Virus record (IMG/VR): IMGVR_UViG_3300005934_000002
Coordinates: 20,783-84,782 of that record
Length of the DNA stretch: 64,000 nucleotides
From: a virus
Taxonomy: Duplodnaviria; Caudoviricetes
Strand: one strand, 5' to 3'
Positions 1 to 10,573 of the stretch are shown here, one piece after another. The notes below the pieces were generated by a model. It was not told the origin of the DNA. It worked only from the letters and a program-made list of their open reading frames with translations, and did no database searches. The position numbers were made by a program, and so were the translations under genes. The number at the start of each line of letters is the position of its first letter. The stretch's first letter is position 1.

Positions 1-1
1 T

Positions 2-3000
2 GGATTAACTCTTAAAAATACAGCAGACGGTATTTACTTTGTTAAATTACCTCTTGTGCAAAAAGAACACGTTTGTTTACTTGACAACTCAACTGTTTTC
101 AATGATACAATTTATAATCCAGGACCTGGATACAGACAACAGCGTGTTAGAGTTTTAGGATACAGAAGTGTTGATTGGGATGGCGGAGTAAACATTCCTG
201 GCTTTACACTTGATACTGTAAGTGTTGTTGACTGGAAAGAAAATACAGATTACAAAATTGCAGATGTTGTTTACTATAAAACACGTTATTATAGTGCAAA
301 ATATAAAATACCAGGATCAACTGAGTTTAACGATAATGACTGGTATTTGCTATCAGAAAAACCACAGAACGAATTAATTCCTAACTTTGATTACAAAGCA
401 AATCAATTTGCAGATTTTTATGATTTAGATACTGATAATTTTGATAGTGAACAGCAAAGACTTGCACAACACTTAATTGGTTATCAAAAGCGTACTTACT
501 TAGAAAATATTATTAATGATGATGTGTCACAGTACAAATTCTATCAAGGATTTATTCAAGATAAAGGAACAACTAATTCATTAAGTAAATTATTTGATGC
601 ACTGTCAAACACAGAAAATTCAAGTTTAGAGTTTTTTGAAGATTGGGCATTTAAAGTAGGACAGTATGGCGCAAGTGATTCGTTTGATGAAGTTGAATTT
701 GAGATTGATGAATCTAAATTTAGATTATCTCCTCAACCATTCCAACTTGTACAAACTATTGATCCTCTTGCAACTGATTTAGTTTATAGATACAGTCCGG
801 TTGATGTATATAGTAAACCACCTAAGTATGATCATAAACCGTTCCCAACAAAATATATTGAGGAAGATGAGTCTTATATTAAGACAGCAGGATATGTTGC
901 TGAAGATGATATTAACTTTAAAGTTACAAACTATGATGATATTTTAGATTTAGATCTTCAGCAAGTTGAAATAGGTCAATATATTTGGGTTGCTAAAAGA
1001 GAACAAACTTGGGACGTTTTACGTCAAACTGAAACTGATATGAAAGTATCAAGTATTATTAATAGTGATAGTTCTAAGTCAATAGAAATTAAAACACGAA
1101 AAGCACCAACTGTTGCAAAAGGTGATATTATTGGTGTATTAGGTGTAGGACCAAAACAAAATAGATTCTATAAAGTTTTAAGAGTAAGTTTAGATATAAT
1201 CTATGCACAAACTACAGGTGAAGTTGAAGACGCTCCAGAAGCGGATGGATTTATCTTAAAACTTATAAGTTCAAGAGTTGCAACTTTAAATGATGTTAAC
1301 GAAAAAATTACACGAGACAATTATTCAACACAAGAACGTGTTTGGGTTGATCATGATGAAAATGCCAGATGGACAGTTATTGAAAACTCAAATACATATG
1401 ATTTAACACAGCAAGTTTATAATGTTACTACACCAGGACTATTAGATACAGATGTAAGAATATTTGGAACAAGTATATCTTCAAATACTAATAATACTAT
1501 TGTTCCAGTTGGTTCACCTGCTCCGTTAACAGCGGTAGACAGTTCTAATAATCCTATTCAAGGTAGAGTTGATATTCACTTTAGAGCAAGTGAAGGATTA
1601 AATCTTGTTTTATCACAATCATTAGATGCACCTGTAGGATACTTTGACGGAATACAAAGTTTTGGACGCTCAACTGCTATTAGCAGTGACGGAAGATGGA
1701 TCTTTGTAGGTATCCCATATGCTTCGAATGTAAAAACAAAATTTAAAGGTCAATTTGGTCCAGCGGCTTCTTATGCAAAAGGCGATATTGTAAAATATAC
1801 AAATCAATACTGGAGTGCAAAAAATATTATTGAACCAACAGATCCAAGTTTGGATTTTCCAAGTTTCAATTCTCACTTAAGACACTTAATTGGTACATAC
1901 AATCAAACCACAGGAACATATGATAATGTTTATTATATGTTACGAGGAAACTTCTTATTCCAAGAAGAAAGCACAGATCACATTCTTATAAGAGCACCAA
2001 GACTTGCATATGTAGCAACTACTCCTGGTGATACTTTAGAATTATTCTGGAACGATATTAATGCAAGATATCCAAGTGCACCAGGCATTCAACCTTTTAA
2101 TGGTAACCCAACATTGAGTAAACAATTCTTTGATGGTAACCATACTATTGTAGATAAGATTGACGATATCCTTTTAGTTGATAATACACAGGCAATACCA
2201 AGTGTAGGTGAAACAATTTCCAGTGCAACAGCAATAGGTATTGTTGCATTTGTCTTTACAACTGGTGACAACAGAACTTTAATTTATATTAGAGATGCAA
2301 ACGGTGACTTTGAATCAGAAGGTACACTATTTGTTGGAGATATCTCAGTTGGTGCATTTGAAAGAGCAGTTGAACAAGATGACGATAATCTTGGCGGCTG
2401 GTGGAAAATTAACGTAGGATCGACATTCCAGTCGATAGCAACTATTGAAACTCAACCGTATCTTGTAATTACAGATATTATTCAAGACGGTATTCAGAGA
2501 ACTCCGAATTATTATCAAAACGTATTAAGAACAGTTGATAATCCAGCAGAAGTTTCTATTACGTCATATATTGAAAGTTTAACATACACTGGAGACTCCG
2601 GAGATGAGTTATCAGATAAATGGGTCTTTAGAGCACCAAGTAATTTAAACAATGAATTAGTTATTGGCAATACTTTTAACTTTTTCTTTAATGAATATAG
2701 AAATGCTGATAACTTATTACAAGATCCATCAGTAATAGGTAGTAATATTACACACGACTATCTAAACAACACAGAACACACTATTAATGATTTGTGGGAA
2801 GGATGGATTGATGTTAACTTAACAAACTTTGATGATAGAGGCTCACCAACTCCTGGAGATCCAGACTATAATCCTAATTACGGTAATCCGTTTATTCCTA
2901 TTGTTGGTGACACAGTACAAGATAACGATACACTTGCAACAGCAGAAGTAGTTGCTATTGAGAAAACATTTAATGATTTAAGAGTCTGGGTTAAAGCAGT

Positions 3001-6000
3001 CACCGGAACTTGGAAATTAGGAAACGTAAACCAGAACATTTCAAGTATGAGTATTGTTGGAGGATCACAAGGCGTAGGTGTAATAAGACTTGTAGGTACA
3101 ACTCAAGATACTCATTTAAGAACTTCAACAGCAGGTTGGATAGTAGTTGTAGATAGAGGTGAAAATATTCCTCGTGGTACAACACGTACATTACAAGGCT
3201 TTGAATATTGGATTTATAAATCACAGTTATTAGATGGTATTGCAAGAGCCGCTAATCCACCATCTAAAACAAATAATGATTGGCAAAGAGTTTATAATAT
3301 TCCTGCAGATGAAAATGGAGTAGCAAGTACATTACAAAGACAAGGTGCTTTTGCAATCTACGAAAGAAATGCAAGTAATTTTTATAATTTAATTGGAACT
3401 TATGTAACACCAGATAGTGAGTCAGAAAGATATTTAGGTAGTGATATTAGAATAGTAACACACACTAACGGAGCATATTCTGCTTATGTTTTAAGTAAAG
3501 GTAACGGAACATTTGATCAACCAGGTAGAATTAATATTTTCAACTATGATGTAAACGGTGGTTGGAAACTTGGTGCTGATGCTAACTATAGAGGCGACTT
3601 TGTAACTACAGTTCCTTACTTCGAAGGCGAATACGTAAGATATGATAATGCAGTTTATCAAGCATTAACAAATTTAGTTCCAGGTAATTTTAATTCAAAT
3701 AACTGGCAGGAAGTTACTACAGGTATAGAACTAAATGGCTTCTTACCAAATGACACAGGATTTATTATCGGTACAGACAGTGCTATCGATAGTGATAATT
3801 TATATGAGTTTGGAACTCAATTTGATGTAAGTCTTACTGGTAGCATTTTAGCAACTATTGTAAAATATGGTGATGCTATTGATAGTTCTATTGCAACAAG
3901 AAAGTTAGTTATCTATAGAAAATCACTGTTAGGACATTATGTATTTGATCAAATGATTGATGCACCATATGCTAATATAAATTATGGTGATTCGATTGCA
4001 GTATCAACTGATGGATTGTTTATTGCAGTTGGTGCTCCTAATTATACAGATACATCTTCTAATCAAGGTACAGTGTTTATATACGAACAAGTTAATGGTA
4101 GATTTGAACAAGTTCAACACTTAGTAGGTCCAAGTGGTTTGCCAAATGAAAAATTTGGTACAGTAGTTAGATACGACAACGATAGAATTGTTGTACATTC
4201 AGCAGGCGGCGACTTGTTTAGTAGCACAGAGTTTGACTCTGGTACAACAGTATTTGATAACGGTACAACACACTTTAGTTCAACATTAATTGACACAGGT
4301 GAAGTTTTTGTATTTGAATTATTAGGTAACAGATATGTGTATAGTGATAAATTAGAATTTACTGATAGAAGTACTTTATACTTTGGTCGAACACTATTAA
4401 TTAAAAATAATCATATCTATGTTTCACTTCCACAGTACAGACAATCAGGAAAACAAGTTGTTGGAACTGTATTAGATTACAGAGTCAGACCTAATACAAA
4501 ATTATGGGAAAGAAAAAGAAATCAACGTCCACTTGTTGATGTTGAAAAAATTAAAGGTATTTCGATATACAACAGAAAAACAAAAACTGTTGAAGAATAT
4601 TTAGATTATATTGATCCAGTGCAAGGAAAAATTGCAGGTCAAGCAGAAGTTGAAATATCATTTAAAACTACATTTGATCCTGCAACATACAATAATGCAT
4701 CTATTAACACTGTAAGCAAAGACGTAACAATGTTTACTGCGAATGAAATGGTTGGTAAATTATGGTGGGATACTGATGCTGTAAGATTTATTAATCCATA
4801 TAGTAACACAGGAAATATATTCAATGTTAGCAACTCAATGAATACAATTTTCCCAGGTACAGAAGTTGAAGTATACGAATGGGTTGAATCTACATTAACA
4901 CCTCAACAGTGGGACGAACGTTCTGAATCTGAAGCAGGACTTGCTCAAGGTATTAGCGGTAAAACTAAACACGGTATGAATGCATATTCTACAAAGCGTG
5001 TTTATGATGAACCAGCACAAAAATTTACAAACTATTATTATTTCTGGGTTAGAAATAAAAAGACTGTTCCAAATGTTCCTGGCAGAACAATTAGTGGTGC
5101 CGATGTACAAGAATTAATTAGAGATCCTTCAGGTCAAGGATATAAATTTATTTCATTGCTTAATAATAATGAATGGACAGCACATAATTTAGAAAGCACA
5201 ATTAGAGGATTAGATACTATACTAAAATTTGCTTACTGGACTATTGATAAAACAGATAATAATATCCATAATCAATATAGAATTATTACAGACGGTTTAG
5301 AAACAAGTGTTCCTAAATCAGATCTTGAACGTAAATGGTATGATAGTTTGATTGGATATGATGAACAAGGTAGAGAAGTTCCAGATAGATTCTTAGGCGA
5401 AAAAGAACGTTATGGTATTTTAAATAACCCAAGACAAACTATGTTTGTTAATAGAATTGAAGCATTAAAGCAGTTAGTAGAACGAGTTAATAGTGTTCTT
5501 ATTAAAAATGTTTTAATTGACGACTTTGATTTATCTGATTTAGAAAAGAATGACCCAATACCAACGTTATCGTCAAGAAGATATGACGTACAAATTGATA
5601 CTAATGACGAATTAGATTTTGTTGCTGTAGGTAAAGTTCAACGAGCAACTTTAAATACAACAATTCAAGACGGTAAACTTCTTAGAGTTGATATTGTAAA
5701 TCCTGGAAGAGGTTATAAAACTGTTCCAACAATAACGTTTGTAACATCAACAGGTGAAGGAGCCGAAGTTCAATTAGAAATTAATAATGTTGGCTCAGTA
5801 ACAAATGCTAAAGTTATTAGTAGTGGAAGAAATTATCAAGACAACGATTCAATTGTTGTTAGAAACTTCACTGTTTTAACAACAACAGATAACAGTTATG
5901 CTAACAAATGGTCATTATATGAATATGTTGGCGGATTAATTCCTTGGAATAGAATTGCAAGTCAACGTTTCGACGTAGCACCTTATTGGTCATATGCTGA

Positions 6001-9000
6001 TTGGTATAAAACAGGATATAATAGTTTAACAAAATCAGATTATGTAATTGATGAAACATATGAATTAGACTCATTAGGTGATTCTTATGGTGATATTGTT
6101 AAAATTAATTCAGTAGGATCAGGCGGTTGGTTACTATTACGTAAAATTGACAATCAAGTTAATGTAGATTATACTATAAATTATGAAACAATTGGTAGAC
6201 AAAATGCTACAATACAACTTTCATCTTCTATATATGATTATGCTGACGAATTAGTTGGTTATGATAGTTTTGGATATGACGACAGTGCATTTGATTTACA
6301 ACCTATCGACGAATTAAGAATTGTTCTATCAGCATTAAGAGATAAGATCTTTGTTGATAATCTTGCAATTCATTATAATGAATTATTCTTTGCACAGATG
6401 CGTTATATTCTATCTGAGCAAAAATTTGTAGACTGGATGTTTAAAACAAGTTTTGTAAAAGCAAAACACAATATTGGTAAACTTAGAAAAGATATTACAT
6501 TTAATAATGATTTCTTAGAAAGTTATGAAGATTATGTTAGAGAAGTAAAACCTTACAAGACTAAAATTAGAGAATATCTATCAACTTACGAAGGTGAAGA
6601 AAATTCTCAAACTATGGTGACTGATTTTGATCTACCTCCAGCATATAATACTCAACAAGGAAAAATTACTCCACAAAGTGCTATTGTTTATAATGATGAG
6701 ATAAGAGTATCAAGTGATTTAATTAATTCATATCCTTATAAACATTGGGCAGATAATGCAAGTTTCCAAATTAAAGAAATTACAATTTTTGATGCAGGAA
6801 GCGGTTATGAAAATGCTCCAGGTGTTGAATTTGTCGGCGGCGGTGGATCAGGCGCAACAGCAGTAGCATATGTTGGCGGCGGAAAAATTACTGAAATTAA
6901 AATTACAAATCCAGGAACAGGATATGTAAGTGCTCCTACAGTTGTATTGAACGGCAACGTTGCAGATGGTGGCAAAATTGCAAGAGTAAATGCTGTAATA
7001 GGAAACACAAATTTAAGAACTACTCACTTAAGAGTGAAGTTTGATAGAGTAACAGGAACATTCTTTATAACAACTCTTGAAGAAACAGAAACTTTTGTTG
7101 GCTCGGGTAGCAGATATACATACAAACTTAAATGGCCAATTGATTTAAGACAAGACAAAATGACTGTCAAAATTGGTGATGAAGAAGTATTACCAAGTAG
7201 ATTTAAAGTTGAAAATGTTGACGACTCAATTGGTAGAACACACGAACGTAAAATTGGTGTTATAACTTTTGATACTCCACCTGCTAATAATAAAACTATT
7301 ACTATTGATTATCGTAAAGATATCTCTTTACTAACTGCACAGGATAGAATTAATTTATTCTACGATCCAACAACAGGAATGATTGCTAATGATTTAGGTC
7401 AATTACTTGATGGTATTGATTATGGTGGTGTACAAGTTAAGAGTTTTGAATTCGGCGGAGGCTCTGGTTGGAGTGCAGACGGTTGGTTTACTTCTGCGTA
7501 TGATACTTATGATAACACATTCGAAGATGAAATCTTCCGTATTTCAGACGATAGTACAAAAGTATATGATTTTGCAAAAGTATTAGAAACTGGTGTAGTT
7601 TACAATGTTTACAAAAATGGTGTAAGAATTGATGATCCTAACTTTAGCACAACACCTACAAATCCAGATGCATTAATTGAAAGCATTACAGGTGCCGGCC
7701 AAACAGGATTTATTTTAACTGACGATGGCACAGAAGTTGCATCAACAGTTATTAAGTTTGACGAAGAAATTGTTCCAACACAAAGTGGTGATGTAATTAT
7801 TATTCGTAAAAATACATCAGATGGTTCGTTTATTCCAGATCCAAGAGCATATGACACTATTGTAACTGGCGGCGACTTAGCGTATTCAACTGCAACAGGT
7901 ATTAATCCAGAAGATATTAATATTGATGGTGACGGGTTTGTTACACAAACAACTTCTAAAGGTCCTGAAGAATTAATCCCAGGACAGTTGTTAGACACAC
8001 TTGATATTAAAGTGTATGATAGAGTTGGCGAAGGCGGAAGTATTATTGAAAGCGTTTCTTATGTTACAGATGGAGTTCAACAAACATTTAAGTTTAACGG
8101 AATACCGCAAGGCAAAGATGCAATCTTTGTAAAACTTAATAATATAATTGTTCATAATTATACTGTAAATTATAAAGATAAAGAAATAACTTTTAATTCT
8201 ATTCCGGCAAGTAATACAAAATTGAATATTGTTACAATGAGCGGTAACGGTGAAGCAATTCTTGATATGGATACATTTACAGGTGACGGTTCAACTATTC
8301 AATTTGTAACAGCAGTTGATTGGAGAGATGAACTAAACAGTATTGTAACAGTTAACGGTGAAAAAGTTGATTACATTTTAGAAACAACAGATAGTTCATA
8401 TGATACTGCAAATAAAGTAGTAATTAGTTTTGGTGCGGCACCGGCAAGTGATGCAGTTATTAACTTTGCAATTTACGCAAGTACGGCTCAAACATTTAGT
8501 GAAATTATTACCGACAACTTAGTAGCAGACGGAAGTAGTGTGTCTTATGATTTAAGTATAACTCCATTTAGTAGTTTACCTGCAAGTCATAATTTAATTG
8601 TAAGAGTTGGTGATAATATTCTTAATGCCGGATACAATGAAAAATTTGTAGTTGATAGTAGAATTGAATATCAATTACGTAACTGGCAACAGCCAGGCGG
8701 TACGTTAGGTGCTGATGATATAATTGTTTTATTAAATGGTAGACTATTAACTTATACTTCGGATTATATTTTCCGTCCAGCAAACTCAAGTGTTGAAATT
8801 TTTGAAAACGTTGCTCAACAAGGCGATATATTAGAAGTGTTTGTTACTACAGATGGTGAATACACAATAAGTGGAAATATTTTAACATTAAATACTGCTC
8901 CTGCAGAAGATGTTCCTATTAAAGTAACACACTTCAGCAAACACGATGTACAACAGATTGATCGTAAGAATTTTGATATTGTTACACGTACAACTTTATC

Positions 9001-9934
9001 GTTTGAAAGTGTAGGAGAAATAGAATACAATCATTTACGTGCTGGATTAATTAAACTGCAAAGAGAAACTATTGATGCTGAATACGTTTGGATTATTTTA
9101 AATGGCAAATTACAAACTCCAAGTATTGATTACAAAGTTACTAATGATAGACTGTTTGTGCGTATGGCTCAACCATTAAATGAAAACGATGTAGTTGAAA
9201 TTATTCAATTTGCAGAAGACGGTCCGACAGTTGCTAAGTTTGGATTTAGACAATTTAAAGATATGTTAAATAGAACAGTTTATAAGCGTTTAGGCGACAG
9301 CAACAAATATAGATTAGCACAAGATTTAAAACCGTTTGATAAAGAAATCTTAGTAGAAGATGCTTCAAATATGTTTGTTCCAGATAAGTTTACAAACACA
9401 CCTGGAGTACTGTTTGTTAACGGAGAACGTATTGAATATATGGTTATAGATGGTAATAGTTTACAGCAACTTCGTAGAGGTACAATGGGTACTGGAGTAA
9501 AAGATATTCATAATATCGGAGATCAGTTATTTGATCAAGGATTCCAGCAAACTGTTCCTTATCAAGACCAAACATTAGTTAACACTTATAACGGTGACGG
9601 TGTTACAAACACATTTAACTTAGACTGGGAGCCTAACAGTGTTAATGAATTTGAAGTATTTGTAGGTGGAAAACGCTTGAGAAAAACTGCTATTCAGGTG
9701 TTTGATCCAACTGTAAACCAAGATTCACCAGAAGGTGATGTAACTGCACCAGCAGAATTCAGTATCAGTTCGCCTAATTTACTAACTATTGCAACACCTC
9801 CAGCAGACGGTGTACGCATTACAGTAATTAGAAAAATTGGTAAAATTTGGAATGAACCAGGAAAAACATTAGGTAAGACAGAAAATGCAATAGCACAGTT
9901 CTTAAGAGCAGAAGAGGTTGACTTACCTAAATAA
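2..9934 (+). CDS. Giant virion structural protein, baseplate wedge-like (5'-truncated, >3300 aa)
   Basis: Frame is open from position 2 (GLTLKNTADG...), so the GTG at 56 is probably internal. Contains FG-GAP-like repeats (FGRSTAISSDG, YGDSIAVSTDG), Y-x2-G/A-x2-V-x-Y modules, GSGY/GTGY-x3-P-x-V repeats and GDG-x-T-x2-F repeats typical of large-myovirus baseplate proteins; lies upstream of tail-fibre genes. Confidence 0.7.
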   Translation, partial: GLTLKNTADGIYFVKLPLVQKEHVCLLDNSTVFNDTIYNPGPGYRQQRVRVLGYRSVDWDGGVNIPGFTLDTVSVVDWKENTDYKIADVVYYKTRYYSAKYKIPGSTEFNDNDWYLLSEKPQNELIPNFDYKANQFADFYDLDTDNFDSEQQRLAQHLIGYQKRTYLENIINDDVSQYKFYQGFIQDKGTTNSLSKLFDALSNTENSSLEFFEDWAFKVGQYGASDSFDEVEFEIDESKFRLSPQPFQLVQTIDPLATDLVYRYSPVDVYSKPPKYDHKPFPTKYIEEDESYIKTAGYVAEDDINFKVTNYDDILDLDLQQVEIGQYIWVAKREQTWDVLRQTETDMKVSSIINSDSSKSIEIKTRKAPTVAKGDIIGVLGVGPKQNRFYKVLRVSLDIIYAQTTGEVEDAPEADGFILKLISSRVATLNDVNEKITRDNYSTQERVWVDHDENARWTVIENSNTYDLTQQVYNVTTPGLLDTDVRIFGTSISSNTNNTIVPVGSPAPLTAVDSSNNPIQGRVDIHFRASEGLNLVLSQSLDAPVGYFDGIQSFGRSTAISSDGRWIFVGIPYASNVKTKFKGQFGPAASYAKGDIVKYTNQYWSAKNIIEPTDPSLDFPSFNSHLRHLIGTYNQTTGTYDNVYYMLRGNFLFQEESTDHILIRAPRLAYVATTPGDTLELFWNDINARYPSAPGIQPFNGNPTLSKQFFDGNHTIVDKIDDILLVDNTQAIPSVGETISSATAIGIVAFVFTTGDNRTLIYIRDANGDFESEGTLFVGDISVGAFERAVEQDDDNLGGWWKINVGSTFQSIATIETQPYLVITDIIQDGIQRTPNYYQNVLRTVDNPAEVSITSYIESLTYTGDSGDELSDKWVFRAPSNLNNELVIGNTFNFFFNEYRNADNLLQDPSVIGSNITHDYLNNTEHTINDLWEGWIDVNLTNFDDRGSPTPGDPDYNPNYGNPFIPIVGDTVQDNDTLATAEVVAIEKTFNDLRVWVKAVTGTWKLGNVNQNISSMSIVGGSQGVGVIRLVGTTQDTHLRTSTAGWIVVVDRGENIPRGTTRTLQGFEYWIYKSQLLDGIARAANPPSKTNNDWQRVYNIPADENGVASTLQRQGAFAIYERNASNFYNLIGTYVTPDSESERYLGSDIRIVTHTNGAYSAYVLSKGNGTFDQPGRINIFNYDVNGGWKLGADANYRGDFVTTVPYFEGEYVRYDNAVYQALTNLVPGNFNSNNWQEVTTGIELNGFLPNDTGFIIGTDSAIDSDNLYEFGTQFDVSLTGSILATIVKYGDAIDSSIATRKLVIYRKSLLGHYVFDQMIDAPYANINYGDSIAVSTDGLFIAVGAPNYTDTSSNQGTVFIYEQVNGRFEQVQHLVGPSGLPNEKFGTVVRYDNDRIVVHSAGGDLFSSTEFDSGTTVFDNGTTHFSSTLIDTGEVFVFELLGNRYVYSDKLEFTDRSTLYFGRTLLIKNNHIYVSLPQYRQSGKQVVGTVLDYRVRPNTKLWERKRNQRPLVDVEKIKGISIYNRKTKTVEEYLDYIDPVQGKIAGQAEVEISFKTTFDPATYNNASINTVSKDVTMFTANEMVGKLWWDTDAVRFINPYSNTGNIFNVSNSMNTIFPGTEVEVYEWVESTLTPQQWDERSESEAGLAQGISGKTKHGMNAYSTKRVYDEPAQKFTNYYYFWVRNKKTVPNVPGRTISGADVQELIRDPSGQGYKFISLLNNNEWTAHNLESTIRGLDTILKFAYWTIDKTDNNIHNQYRIITDGLETSVPKSDLERKWYDSLIGYDEQGREVPDRFLGEKERYGILNNPRQTMFVNRIEALKQLVERVNSVLIKNVLIDDFDLSDLEKNDPIPTLSSRRYDVQIDTNDELDFVAVGKVQRATLNTTIQDGKLLRVDIVNPGRGYKTVPTITFVTSTGEGAEVQLEINNVGSVTNAKVISSGRNYQDNDSIVVRNFTVLTTTDNSYANKWSLYEYVGGLIPWNRIASQRFDVAPYWSYADWYKTGYNSLTKSDYVIDETYELDSLGDSYGDIVKINSVGSGGWLLLRKIDNQVNVDYTINYETIGRQNATIQLSSSIYDYADELVGYDSFGYDDSAFDLQPIDELRIVLSALRDKIFVDNLAIHYNELFFAQMRYILSEQKFVDWMFKTSFVKAKHNIGKLRKDITFNNDFLESYEDYVREVKPYKTKIREYLSTYEGEENSQTMVTDFDLPPAYNTQQGKITPQSAIVYNDEIRVSSDLINSYPYKHWADNASFQIKEITIFDAGSGYENAPGVEFVGGGGSGATAVAYVGGGKITEIKITNPGTGYVSAPTVVLNGNVADGGKIARVNAVIGNTNLRTTHLRVKFDRVTGTFFITTLEETETFVGSGSRYTYKLKWPIDLRQDKMTVKIGDEEVLPSRFKVENVDDSIGRTHERKIGVITFDTPPANNKTITIDYRKDISLLTAQDRINLFYDPTTGMIANDLGQLLDGIDYGGVQVKSFEFGGGSGWSADGWFTSAYDTYDNTFEDEIFRISDDSTKVYDFAKVLETGVVYNVYKNGVRIDDPNFSTTPTNPDALIESITGAGQTGFILTDDGTEVASTVIKFDEEIVPTQSGDVIIIRKNTSDGSFIPDPRAYDTIVTGGDLAYSTATGINPEDINIDGDGFVTQTTSKGPEELIPGQLLDTLDIKVYDRVGEGGSIIESVSYVTDGVQQTFKFNGIPQGKDAIFVKLNNIIVHNYTVNYKDKEITFNSIPASNTKLNIVTMSGNGEAILDMDTFTGDGSTIQFVTAVDWRDELNSIVTVNGEKVDYILETTDSSYDTANKVVISFGAAPASDAVINFAIYASTAQTFSEIITDNLVADGSSVSYDLSITPFSSLPASHNLIVRVGDNILNAGYNEKFVVDSRIEYQLRNWQQPGGTLGADDIIVLLNGRLLTYTSDYIFRPANSSVEIFENVAQQGDILEVFVTTDGEYTISGNILTLNTAPAEDVPIKVTHFSKHDVQQIDRKNFDIVTRTTLSFESVGEIEYNHLRAGLIKLQRETIDAEYVWIILNGKLQTPSIDYKVTNDRLFVRMAQPLNENDVVEIIQFAEDGPTVAKFGFRQFKDMLNRTVYKRLGDSNKYRLAQDLKPFDKEILVEDASNMFVPDKFTNTPGVLFVNGERIEYMVIDGNSLQQLRRGTMGTGVKDIHNIGDQLFDQGFQQTVPYQDQTLVNTYNGDGVTNTFNLDWEPNSVNEFEVFVGGKRLRKTAIQVFDPTVNQDSPEGDVTAPAEFSISSPNLLTIATPPADGVRITVIRKIGKIWNEPGKTLGKTENAIAQFLRAEEVDLPK

Positions 9935-9938
9935 ATAC
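9931..9938 (+). promoter_or_regulatory. Putative T4-like late promoter (ATAAATAC)
   Basis: ATAAATAC overlapping the stop of the giant gene, 16 nt before the next ATG; the motif recurs before other structural genes and resembles the T4 late consensus TATAAATA. Confidence 0.55.
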
Positions 9939-9954
9939 AATGTAGGATAACAAA

Positions 9955-10569
9955 ATGACAGACAACTTATTAGACAAAAACGGAGTATTAGTGCAAGGGC
10001 ATATTAAGATATTTGACCCTGAAACTAAAGAAATTTTAATAGATAAGCGAAATGCTATTCATTATGAAAATATGAGTATAGCATTGGCTGAGTCTTTGGC
10101 TAACGCTGGCCAAGGATTTGTATACGAAATGGCGTTTGGAAATGGTGGTACAAGTGTTGATCCTACAGGCATTATTACATATCTTACTCCAAACTCAACT
10201 GGTACAAATGCAAGTTTATACAATCAAACTTATAAAAAGATTGTAGACGATCAGTCTGTTAATAACGTAGATCCTAACAGAAATAAAATTGAAACAAGAC
10301 ACGTTACTGGAACAAATTACACAGATATTATTGTACAGTGTTTGCTTGATTACGGTGAGCCAAATGGCCAAGAAGCAAACGATACTGCTACAGATACAGA
10401 AGGTGCATATGTTTTTGACGAATTAGGTCTTGTAAGTTACTCACCAACAGGAACAGGAAGATTGCTTACACACGTTATTTTCCATCCAGTTCAAAAGAGT
10501 TTAAATAGATTAATTCAAATTGACTACACAGTCAGAGTACAATCACTAACTGGTTTTAACGAGGGGTAA
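9955..10569 (+). CDS. Putative baseplate/tail structural protein (204 aa)
   Basis: Clean ORF between baseplate-like and fibre genes; late motif and AGGA upstream; FDELGL-type motif resembles tail-collar-fibre proteins. Confidence 0.55.
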   Translation: MTDNLLDKNGVLVQGHIKIFDPETKEILIDKRNAIHYENMSIALAESLANAGQGFVYEMAFGNGGTSVDPTGIITYLTPNSTGTNASLYNQTYKKIVDDQSVNNVDPNRNKIETRHVTGTNYTDIIVQCLLDYGEPNGQEANDTATDTEGAYVFDELGLVSYSPTGTGRLLTHVIFHPVQKSLNRLIQIDYTVRVQSLTGFNEG

Positions 10570-10573
10570 TTAA

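Noticed and set aside
9940-9945. ATG-TAG minigene just after the late motif at 9931
   Set aside because: A single occurrence of a 6-nt pattern in AT-rich DNA; cannot be distinguished from chance.
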